Below, in pieces: positions 26,658 to 35,365 of a stretch of 37,263 bases of DNA. The notes beneath the pieces were generated by a model, which worked only from the letters and a program-made list of their open reading frames with translations, ran no database searches and was not told the origin of the DNA. The stretch's first letter is position 1. The number at the start of each line of letters is the position of its first letter. A program made the position numbers and the translations under genes. The stretch comes from Candidatus Bathyarchaeota archaeon (lineage in GTDB: Archaea > Thermoproteota > Bathyarchaeia > Bathyarchaeales > Bathycorpusculaceae), in the NCBI GenBank assembly GCA_963811105.1, contig CAWEPZ010000014.1, positions 1 through 37,263 on the forward strand, read 5' to 3'.

Positions 26658-27446
26658 TTACATTTCTTCCATTTGATATTCTATAATTAGTGTTTTTGTG
26701 TCGGGGTTTAATGTATCTTTTTGGATTGTTATTGGTTTATCTGTGGCTTTGGCAAATGCACAAGCGAAAGCACTTGCTAAAATGCATCCGATCTGCGTGT
26801 GAGTTCGGGGTTGACTATTTCTGGTTTCGTTGCAAAGTGTGTTGAATACGCTGCCAGTTAGCTCTAGGGTAATGGTTCTATCTTGGATTCGAATTTGAGC
26901 ATCTTCAGCAAATTTTAGTTTTTGGAATAGTCTCCCAATTATACTCTGCATTTGAGGTAGAGAAATTTTTCTGAAAGATAATCCGAGTTCGGTTTCAAAC
27001 ATCAAGGAAAGAGCAAGTCCCGGCGGAGTGAGGAACAATCCGGTTCTTTTCTTATTGAACAACTTATCATTTGTTTCATCTGATGTAGGCAGAGTCATCT
27101 CAGGCGTCTTAGGTACGAATATTAGGCTAGATTCAAAGTCTCGAATGTTGTGAGGCGGCAAATATATTCCTTTTTCAGTTAAATCAAACTCGGTGAGGAA
27201 GCGTTCAATGTTGCTTCCGCTAGCACTTGTGGAAGCCTTCAACAAGGAGAGAAACGCATGTTTCGTTGGAGTGAAGAAGAGAAGCAACATACTCCAAAAG
27301 GAGATTGAAACACCCAGAATAGCTAGAAATGAAGAGTTGTTTAGTGCTGAGAGCACTATCATGGCTACGCCTGTTATGAGGGCGATTCCTATTATAACTA
27401 CAGTGATTATATCTTGATTAATTTTAGTTATATTGGTTCTAAGCAT
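26658..27446 (-). CDS. membrane-anchored hypothetical protein (262 aa)
   Basis: Two N-terminal TM helices, GIYLPP, LTPPG..L and GCILASAFACAFAKATDKP. Confidence 0.75.
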   Translation of the reverse strand: MLRTNITKINQDIITVVIIGIALITGVAMIVLSALNNSSFLAILGVSISFWSMLLLFFTPTKHAFLSLLKASTSASGSNIERFLTEFDLTEKGIYLPPHNIRDFESSLIFVPKTPEMTLPTSDETNDKLFNKKRTGLFLTPPGLALSLMFETELGLSFRKISLPQMQSIIGRLFQKLKFAEDAQIRIQDRTITLELTGSVFNTLCNETRNSQPRTHTQIGCILASAFACAFAKATDKPITIQKDTLNPDTKTLIIEYQMEEM

Positions 27447-27703
27447 TCATTTACCTTTATGGATACTTCAATTAATATCTTATTCTGAAAAATAAGTACT
27501 TTTTAGAAATTTGAATCAAGTTATTTTTCAGATGCGACTTAACCCCGAATTGGTTATTTCGTACGCTCGTAGATTTTTCTGCAGGGTTGAACCAAAAAGG
27601 GCGCGTTCCTTTTCTTTGCACTTCTCTAAAATGTAGCAACAGCTGACAAATTAGTGTTTTAGCGAAAGAGAGGAGAGTTAAAATGGAGGAATTCTTGGGT
27701 TCC

Positions 27704-30124
27704 CTACTTTGCTTTTCTTCTATTCAGGAATATGAATGTCACCAAAACTCCGACCAATATTAATGCAACAACCGAACCAACGAGATATATGGTATTTAAA
27801 TTGGAATCAGATGAAGACTGCGTTCGAGAAGGTGAAGGGCTAGTAGACGGTGAAGGCGAAGGAGACAGAGTTGGACTAGGTGAAGGAGACGGAGACGCAC
27901 TTGGAGTAGGGGTGCGAGTAGTAGTGGGTGTGGGAGTGCGAGTTGGAGTAGGCGTCGGAGTAGCTATGGGTAATGCTGCAAAGTTGGCTGTTATATTTCC
28001 AGGTCCGTTTATAGTCGCGGTTGCAGAACCTAAATATGAATTTGCAAACGTGATGCTTCCGGAATCGGATGTCCATGAGGAAAATTGGAAGCCATAAGAC
28101 GGGGTACCAGATATTGAAATTGAGCCAGCGTCCTGCCACGTATTTGTTCCGGAAGGACTTGTTGTTCCGTCTCCAGAATGACCAACAGCGAATGATACCA
28201 AGTATTGAGTCATCCAGTTCCAAGTAATAGTCGAAGGTGCACTAATCGTCAAGGTCAATGCTGATGCACTGCCAGAGGCTGAAACACTTCCGGTACCTGA
28301 CCAGCCTGTACAAACGTATTGAGTTCCTGAGCCGGCGGAAACTGGAGAAGCAACAAAAGCGCTTATGCTCGTTCCATCATCATACCATCCGTTTGCTGGC
28401 AAGGGGGAATCATTGGCCGAAGTGGTTGTCAAGTAGTACTGGGTCTTGTAAGATCCGGTTATAGTTGTGGGCTGTGTAACATTGATGAATAAAGCGCTGT
28501 TATTTCCGCCCACCCCTGTGAGGATAAGCTGTTTGCTGTTTGCAGCGACTAATAGTTGAGGCGAATAGCTGAAGGTATAGATGTAACTTGAGTTAGCCCA
28601 AATTGTGAAACCGGCTCTGTTATAGCTGGTGCCGTTGACGGTAATTACGTTACCAGAGAAGTCTAAGCCTACGCCAGACTGAGCCAAAGTCAGGTTGTAC
28701 TGAGTTTGCCAGTTAGCGATGGCTGTCTTTGGACCGTTCATTGTGATGTTGTTTGAGGGTGAAGTGTTGCCTGATGCGTTGCCGCTCCAATTAGTAAAGA
28801 TGTATTGAGTTCCAGGAGATCCAAGGACGGTTAAAGAGTTGAGTGAGGCAGTTGCATTTGTGCCTGAGTCGTAATAGCCAGTTCCGCCAACAGTGCCATT
28901 GACGGAAGAGACGTTCAAGTAGTATTGGGTCTTCCAGTTGGCTATTGCAGTCCTAGAAGCATTCATAATTATGGCGTTTGAAGTCGAAGATGTTCCTGAA
29001 GCATCCCCACTCCAATTAGTGAAGACGTACTGAGTTCCAGGAGCTCCAGCAACTATCAATGGATTAACCGAGGCAAAGGCAGATGTGCCATTGCTGTACC
29101 AGCCTGTGCCTGTTGTAGTGCCATTGGGCGATGATACAGTTAAGTAGTAGTCGTGTTCCCAGATGGCTTGCTCGGTTATTGGGCTACCCATCGTTAGGCT
29201 TGCGGGATTGTTTGTTCCAGTGTAGCTTCCTATTCCCGAACCATTCCATCCGATCCAAATATAGCGTTCACCCGCTGCCGCCACCGGCGCAGTAGCAGTT
29301 ATAGTAACTGTCGAAAATTCGGCAAATGGACCACTTGGGGGAGAAACAGTACCAAAATTGGATGAAGTTGACAATAGTAAAGGTGTGGGTCCAATGTAGC
29401 TGTCACTGACTACCATATCGTCAATGTAATAATTCCACTTTTCATCAGAAATAGCGACACTTTGACTTCCTCCAAGAACTACATTTGCAGGTATTCTAAC
29501 ACTGTTATTTATCCCTGCAACGTCGAGGATAGATTGGCCGTCGATGAATAATTGTACTTCACCGTTTGTGCTTGTCAGTTCTTTTAGTTCGACAGAGTGC
29601 CAGCCTAATGTAACGGGATGTGCAGTTGCTGTAGTGTTTGTGGTGCTGATGGAAAATGAAAAGCCTGGATATCTAAAATCAACATAGTACACTCCCCAAT
29701 AGAGGGTTCCGGCTACGTTGAAAACGCATATTTCGCCATCTCCGAAGTTGCCGCCTTGAGTGGTGGAGAATCCGCCTACTTCGTAGTAGTCTCCTGGTGT
29801 AGAGGGAACTGACGTTGAGTTAATGTAGATATATTCTCTTAGGTATATTGGGTTAGGTAGCGAATTTCCTAAGAAATGATAATAAAGATTCTCTACATCC
29901 CCGACCACATTATTTTGAACGCTGGATGCTCCGCTGTGAGCGGTTTGATTGTTTAAGGAAAGCGCGCCGTAGGTAGAGGTCCACGCGTTCAAGTTGCCGC
30001 TTTCAAAGCCGTCACTGAAAGTAATAGCTGCAGCTGCAACCTCGATTAACAAAGGAGACAATAGTGCAATGGTTAAAACTGCTACAATAATTGGGAACAT
30101 TAATTTATTCTTCATTCCTAGCAC
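27704..30124 (-). CDS. secreted surface protein with N-terminal beta-sandwich (LamG/polysaccharide-lyase-like) domain and InlB-B/Flg_new-like repeats
   Basis: Signal peptide, FSDGFESG...W start and YIDD end of the jelly-roll-like domain, repeated G.G.Y..GT...Y.FTNWSG...ANW.TQY units, PT/PS linker, TM helix and RRKAK tail. Confidence 0.75.
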   Translation of the reverse strand: MLGMKNKLMFPIIVAVLTIALLSPLLIEVAAAAITFSDGFESGNLNAWTSTYGALSLNNQTAHSGASSVQNNVVGDVENLYYHFLGNSLPNPIYLREYIYINSTSVPSTPGDYYEVGGFSTTQGGNFGDGEICVFNVAGTLYWGVYYVDFRYPGFSFSISTTNTTATAHPVTLGWHSVELKELTSTNGEVQLFIDGQSILDVAGINNSVRIPANVVLGGSQSVAISDEKWNYYIDDMVVSDSYIGPTPLLLSTSSNFGTVSPPSGPFAEFSTVTITATAPVAAAGERYIWIGWNGSGIGSYTGTNNPASLTMGSPITEQAIWEHDYYLTVSSPNGTTTGTGWYSNGTSAFASVNPLIVAGAPGTQYVFTNWSGDASGTSSTSNAIIMNASRTAIANWKTQYYLNVSSVNGTVGGTGYYDSGTNATASLNSLTVLGSPGTQYIFTNWSGNASGNTSPSNNITMNGPKTAIANWQTQYNLTLAQSGVGLDFSGNVITVNGTSYNRAGFTIWANSSYIYTFSYSPQLLVAANSKQLILTGVGGNNSALFINVTQPTTITGSYKTQYYLTTTSANDSPLPANGWYDDGTSISAFVASPVSAGSGTQYVCTGWSGTGSVSASGSASALTLTISAPSTITWNWMTQYLVSFAVGHSGDGTTSPSGTNTWQDAGSISISGTPSYGFQFSSWTSDSGSITFANSYLGSATATINGPGNITANFAALPIATPTPTPTRTPTPTTTRTPTPSASPSPSPSPTLSPSPSPSTSPSPSRTQSSSDSNLNTIYLVGSVVALILVGVLVTFIFLNRRKAK

Positions 30125-30252
30125 ATCCTATCTAAAGTATTACTTCTTTAGATTCGCAGATGTTTAAAAGGTTTATTCCTTTTGAATCAATATTATTGGC
30201 TTTCTGCGCGGTACAATTACCTGTTTTTCAATCCCAATTATGTAGCGATACG

Positions 30253-30498
30253 TTATGGGGTTGAGTTGAGCGTTTCCTTGGTTAACCTCCATATGAGGAA
30301 ACCAATTGCGGCGATGATAAAGCTTATGATTGTAAGAGTGTCTACTCGAATCCATGGTATAAGATGGGATAAACCAAGAGGTAACCATTCAGGATGGATT
30401 AGTTGGATGAGTACTCCGTAGATCCATGCTAACAAGCCGAATAAGAAGAGAAATTCTCCAAATACCTTTATGAGAATCAGTTTTAGATTTGCAGCCAT
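30253..30498 (-). CDS. small membrane protein (81 aa)
   Basis: Two TM segments separated by HPEWL..LSH....RVD. Confidence 0.65.
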   Translation of the reverse strand: MAANLKLILIKVFGEFLFLFGLLAWIYGVLIQLIHPEWLPLGLSHLIPWIRVDTLTIISFIIAAIGFLIWRLTKETLNSTP

Positions 30499-30572
30499 GA
30501 GACGTGTTTCCTGTGTTTTGAAATTGTGTGGATGTTAAAATAAGTTTTTGTTTACAAAAGAAGCAGTTTGAA

Positions 30573-31235
30573 TTATCTTAGTAATTTCGTTGAACGGTAG
30601 TCGATTTTTGTTTGGTATTCTCGGGCTTCTGCTGCGGTGGCAAGAACCGCGGTTAAAGTCAGTAGGCTTAGGGTTATTGGTGTCAGGCCAATGCCTGCGG
30701 GAGTGTAATATAATATTAAGCCTACCATGGGTGTGAGGGCTATGCTGAGTCCGATGCTTAAGACTAATCGTTCGATATTGTCAAAGCTTTTTGAGGAGGT
30801 TTTTATTGGGACTTTGGTTGGGAAAAATGCTTTTGTGAAGGCGTATCCTGGCAAGAACAGTACGAATATCACGCCTAAGAGGTTGCGAAGGTATGCTAAT
30901 GGGTATGAATCTGGTGGAATTGTGAAGACAGTTATTACAGTTGCTATGGCTATTGCGATTGTAATCCAGTACCATGCTGACTCTAAAGTGAAAAGGTAGG
31001 TTCCGATGGATTTGAGTGCAGGTTCCTGTTTGTCGTTGAAATGGATTTTGTCTTCGGCTTGGAGTTGATTTAGGAGATTGATAATTTCGTTTTCTGGCAG
31101 GTTTGTTGCCTTTTGTATTAATCGTATCAGTTGGCTTGTTGTTTGGGGTTTCTGCTCTTTCACAGTTTCGATAATGAGGTCTTTTATTGACTCGTTGCGC
31201 CATTGGTTTTGGGACAATTCAAAATGCACGCTCAT
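30573..31235 (-). CDS. DUF1616-family membrane protein with N-terminal wHTH-like extension
   Basis: LR..LG.IFVLFLPGY....FFP, IER..LSIGLSIAL.P.VGL.L.YTP.GI.L.PI..SL. Confidence 0.8.
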   Translation of the reverse strand: MSVHFELSQNQWRNESIKDLIIETVKEQKPQTTSQLIRLIQKATNLPENEIINLLNQLQAEDKIHFNDKQEPALKSIGTYLFTLESAWYWITIAIAIATVITVFTIPPDSYPLAYLRNLLGVIFVLFLPGYAFTKAFFPTKVPIKTSSKSFDNIERLVLSIGLSIALTPMVGLILYYTPAGIGLTPITLSLLTLTAVLATAAEAREYQTKIDYRSTKLLR

Positions 31236-31779
31236 GGATGTTTGTGGTTTTGTGATTTTGTTCGACTACACTTAATTGCCCAATTGCTATTAAATGTATT
31301 ATTCCGGTGTTAGAAGAGAAGTTTTGAGGTTTTATTTTTTGAGTCCTTTCTTTGGTTCCCTTGTCCGAAGTAGGTACCCCCCTCTAGTTTATTTGTAACA
31401 GTTTTGGCAAATTGTGGGGTGATATTGTGAAGTTGCAGGCAGGTGTGCGGCTTGAGGCTGGGGTTTGGTTGGCGTATGGGGCGCTTTGCGGTCGGGAACG
31501 GTTGTGTCCGAGTGTGCTGTTGAAGGGTTTCTTAGGCTTGTTTTAGAGAATGATTTCGGTTTTGGGTTTTCTATCTTTAGTTCGGGTGCTGCTAAGATGC
31601 GTGTAGAGGGCTTTGATGCTTACGCTCGGGTGCTCTTGGACTGTGCACTGCGTGGGAATGGTTCTTTCATGCGTTGGGTAAGGATGAAGTGTCTGTTGAG
31701 GGCTTGCTGCTGTGGGCTTTGAAGGCGGTTTCGGATTCTGAGTTGCGCATGCGGATTGAAGAGGCACCTATTTCTGCGC

Positions 31780-32060
31780 TGCGGTAGCGGTACTTGGAAA
31801 GATGAAGGAAAGGTGCAGCAAGAAGCTTTTTTTCCCATGTCTCAGAGATGGCAGCGACTTAAACCTCTGGGATGCACTGGGACATTGCATAAAAGAAGGT
31901 ATAATGGTAGGTGTGTGCGTGCTGTTTGGTTCTGTCAGCAAAGGGTAACCTTTGGAATCTGGCGCTGCAGTTTAGGTATCTTTTGGAAAGCTTCTTCAGA
32001 AGGCTTAGAGAGAATTCTTTGGAGTTGAGAACAGATCTGTCAAAAAAAGGCGACGTTTAT
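31780..32060 (+). pseudogene. degenerate remnant, possibly a GT4 glycosyltransferase C-terminus
   Basis: Across shifted frames it reads YNG..LV..KGNL.NLA......L....RRL.ENSL, resembling the GT-B C-terminal helix region. It is heavily frameshifted. Confidence 0.3.
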
Positions 32061-32197
32061 GTTGATGTAGGGCAGAACGCTCCAGAGAGCGCCGCACTAC
32101 ACCCCGCAGCAGCCAAGATTCCCTAAAATTTAGCCGCATAAAGTACTTCAGAAAGCCAGCGTAAGAAACAAAACTGCTAATTCCGTGAAACATAAGA

Positions 32198-33166
32198 ATG
32201 AGCACCCACCTATATCAGATTGGAGAGAACATGCTTAGAAAATTGCTAAAGAACACAATAGCAAAAACTATTTCATATCTTATCTATAAAGTAGATTATA
32301 AAGAGTATTTCAGCTTTTTCGAAAGCAAAGGATTTCATATAACTCCAGTTAATTTTGACCAGCCTATTCCACAGTTAGCAACTCTCCCAAATGACCTGTG
32401 GGACAAAGAATCTAAACTCGTTGAAATCAATATCAATGAAAATAATCAAATTAACCTTCTTTCGCAATTTTCCAGATTTAGAGTTGAATATGACAATTTC
32501 CCCAGGAGCAAGACAAAGATTCCATACGAATATTATGGAAACAATAAAGAGTTCGAAAGTTGTGATGGCGAAATTCTGTACAGTATCATTCGCCATTTTA
32601 AGCCAAAGAGAATACTTGAAATTGGTTCAGGGTATTCTACTATGCTGTCAGCTCAAGCAATACTGAAAAACAGAGAAGAAAACGCAAGCTATGAATGCGA
32701 ACTCACGGCGATTGAACCACTGCCAAGTGAGATATTAACGAAAGGTTTTCCAGGTCTGTCCAAATTAATACACGGAATAGTCCAAGATGTTCCTTTAACT
32801 GAGTTCAGGAAGCTGGGCGAGAATGACATTCTTTTCATAGATTCAAGTCACGTTCTAAAAACCGGCAGCGATGTGCAGTATGAGTTTTTAGAAATATTGC
32901 CAAGACTTGGAAGGGGAGTATTCGTTCATATTCATGATGTATTTTTGCCACGCGAATATCCAAAAGAATGGATTTTAGAAGAGCATAGGTTCTGGACAGA
33001 ACAATATCTGCTTCAGGCATTTTTAAGCTTCAACGACGCGTTTGAAGTTCTCTGGGCTGGAAGCTATATGCATTTGAAACATCCTGACGAACTAGAAGCG
33101 GCTTTCAGTTGGTATAATAGAAACAAGAAATGGCCAGCAAGTTTTTGGATAAGGAAGACAAGATGA
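32198..33166 (+). CDS. class I SAM-dependent methyltransferase (Methyltransf_24-like); true start may be 32231
   Basis: KPKRILEIGSGYST, AIEP, DILFIDSSHV, G..VHIHDVFLP.EYP and WTEQY. Confidence 0.85.
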   Translation: MSTHLYQIGENMLRKLLKNTIAKTISYLIYKVDYKEYFSFFESKGFHITPVNFDQPIPQLATLPNDLWDKESKLVEININENNQINLLSQFSRFRVEYDNFPRSKTKIPYEYYGNNKEFESCDGEILYSIIRHFKPKRILEIGSGYSTMLSAQAILKNREENASYECELTAIEPLPSEILTKGFPGLSKLIHGIVQDVPLTEFRKLGENDILFIDSSHVLKTGSDVQYEFLEILPRLGRGVFVHIHDVFLPREYPKEWILEEHRFWTEQYLLQAFLSFNDAFEVLWAGSYMHLKHPDELEAAFSWYNRNKKWPASFWIRKTR

Positions 33167-33266
33167 CACTTTGCATGGAATCTTGGCAAACCATATGGTT
33201 TGTTTGTAATCAGATGTGAAATTAATTTAGGGACAAGCCCGCGTGCGATTTTTTGTAGCGATGTCT

Positions 33267-33791
33267 TTATTTGGTGATTAGTACGGCGCATGATGCTTTG
33301 TGGGCGACTTTTTCGCTTGTGCTGCCCAGAAAGAGTTCTTTGATTTTGCTGTCTCCCTTGTGGCCTATAATTATTAAGTCAAATTGGCCGTTGGCGGCAG
33401 TTTCAACTATCTGCGATGATGCATCTCCTTCTTTAAGTTCAGCGGTGATTTCAAGGTTAGGCTTAAGATTAGTCGCTCTTTCAAGAGCTCTGGACAAAAC
33501 AGCCTCATGCACCCTTCTAAGATCTCTAGTAAAAGAGGCCATATTTGTCTGGTAACCTATCTGTTCTTGAAGAGACCCCGACGCAGGAAGCTGCTGAAAC
33601 ATGCTTGATTTATACTCAGACTCCGGAGGAGGCTGAAAAACATTAAGCAATAGAACGGATGCGGAAAACTTGTCAGCGACCTCAAGAGCAAAATCCAAAG
33701 CCTTCTCCGAGTATTCAGAACCATCCACTCCCACCAGAATTTTCGTAATCAAACAAGATTCCTCCATGCTTAATTTAGAATTGAAGCTCAT
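33267..33791 (-). CDS. universal stress protein (UspA family)
   Basis: KILVGVDGSEYS.KAL, EGD....IV, DLIIIG..G and LFLGSTSEKV.H.A.C.VL. Confidence 0.92.
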   Translation of the reverse strand: MSFNSKLSMEESCLITKILVGVDGSEYSEKALDFALEVADKFSASVLLLNVFQPPPESEYKSSMFQQLPASGSLQEQIGYQTNMASFTRDLRRVHEAVLSRALERATNLKPNLEITAELKEGDASSQIVETAANGQFDLIIIGHKGDSKIKELFLGSTSEKVAHKASCAVLITK

Positions 33792-34046
33792 AGACTTTTC
33801 GAATCAACACGCCGCACAATCAAAAGGAAAAAGAAGATGCTTTGAAATCTCATGCATATATTCGATTCCGACTATTCTTATACCCAATATTTGAATCTAC
33901 TCTGTGCCCTATTTTGATTTGACTTAATGCAGCCTTCATCTTGAATCCAACAGAATACACTTTATCCTTGAATCCTGTAAACTAAACCTGAATAGCAGCA
34001 CCTTTTCCCACAAACACACAGCGTAACCGTGAGTTCTGTTCGGTTT

Positions 34047-34061
34047 GACTAAATTTTAGTC
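34047..34061. repeat. site E: perfect palindrome GACTAAA-T-TTTAGTC
   Basis: It matches the A-D core consensus, is intergenic and is followed by CCCCAAACCCAAAC. Confidence 0.55.
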
Positions 34062-34176
34062 CCCCAAACCCAAACGGTAACATCCAGATGCTTTCCTAAT
34101 TGGTCGAAACTCAAATTTACCTGAAACATAAAATGGGTACTCAGTTGCCCCATAGTGAGCGATTTGCTGATTTACG

Positions 34177-34870
34177 CTAGAATTCTGAATACCAATCAAA
34201 TGTTCTATCATCTGTTTTTATTTTTTTAAACGCAATGCATCTTCGTCCAAGAATAGACAAATCTTGCCTCAACAATTTAATCTGACGTTGAATAAGATCC
34301 AGGAACGTTTTTGAAACAACCTTAAGGACACCAGAGTTTTGTTTGGCTGGCCAAGACGCATAAATCTTATAGCATGGATATCTTGAAACATAGCGGCAAA
34401 GCTTGCTAATGCTTGGCCAATCTGCATCATCAAAAACTACAACTCCATCAACATTAAGCATCCTGTTGATATAAAAGAAATCAAGAAGCGCATGATCAAA
34501 TGTGTGCCAGCCGTCAACAAAAGCGAAATCTATGCGTATCCCTTGTCTTATCAAATCAGGAAGAGCCGTTTCGGATGGTGCATTTATAAACTTAATTATA
34601 TTCTGATATTTTGCTCTTTGAATATTTCGATAACCAATTCCTTCAAAAGACCAAAATGGTGAAGGATCAACAATAATGTGTTTTCTACCTTTCACTTTCT
34701 GTAGGGCTTCGCAAATGAACAAAGCTGATATACCATAGGCAAAACCGATTTCTAAGGTGATTTCTGGCTTTATTTCTTCCACGATACCTTGCAAGAATTC
34801 TCCTTCCTCTGGAGGGAAACCGCCATTAAGTGCTCGGGTCTCTCAAAATTTCAAGTAAAACAGGATTCAT
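34177..34870 (-). pseudogene. class I SAM-dependent methyltransferase (Methyltransf_24-like) with N-terminal frameshift
   Basis: The main frame 34177..34794 has LEIGFAYGIS, IDFAFVDGWHTFD and GVVVFDD. The apparent true start, ATG 34870 (MNPVLLEIL), is in another frame. Confidence 0.7.
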
Positions 34871-35037
34871 TGTATCAGCCAAGACTTTCAATCGTTATAA
34901 GACATAAAGAAGGTTATCCAGTCCAATATTTCAATATGTTACGGGCTCGCTATATCATTACATATATCCGCATAAATATCTAACATTGATTAGAGCCTGT
35001 TTCTATTGATATTCTTAATTATCTTTATTTCTATTCA

Positions 35038-35365
35038 GAGTTAATAGACAGGAAAACAGTAGAACCGTATATGGAATATCCACCATACGAGTATGAAGTT
35101 CGTCGGCTCACCCACACAGTCCTATTTCAATTGATGTGCTCAAATGTCTCCATCCAGGTACCCGACAACTCGAGGAACCCTTGAAGCGCGAATTCGGTTG
35201 GATGCTGCCTTCTGAAGAATTTGAACATGGTAACTGCAAGTTGAATCCACTGAAAGACTATTTGATGAACAGAAAATGGGGGTTTTTAGAATTGACATAG
35301 GCGTACAGCGCTCTTGTAAGATTTGGCGAGCTATCGCCCGAGGAGACTCTCCGAAAAGCTGGCGT
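35038..35365 (+). pseudogene. remnant of an N-acetyl sugar amidotransferase (WbpG-like) C-terminus
   Basis: Manual translation: [59 protein letters not shown], with an internal stop and no start. Confidence 0.55.
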
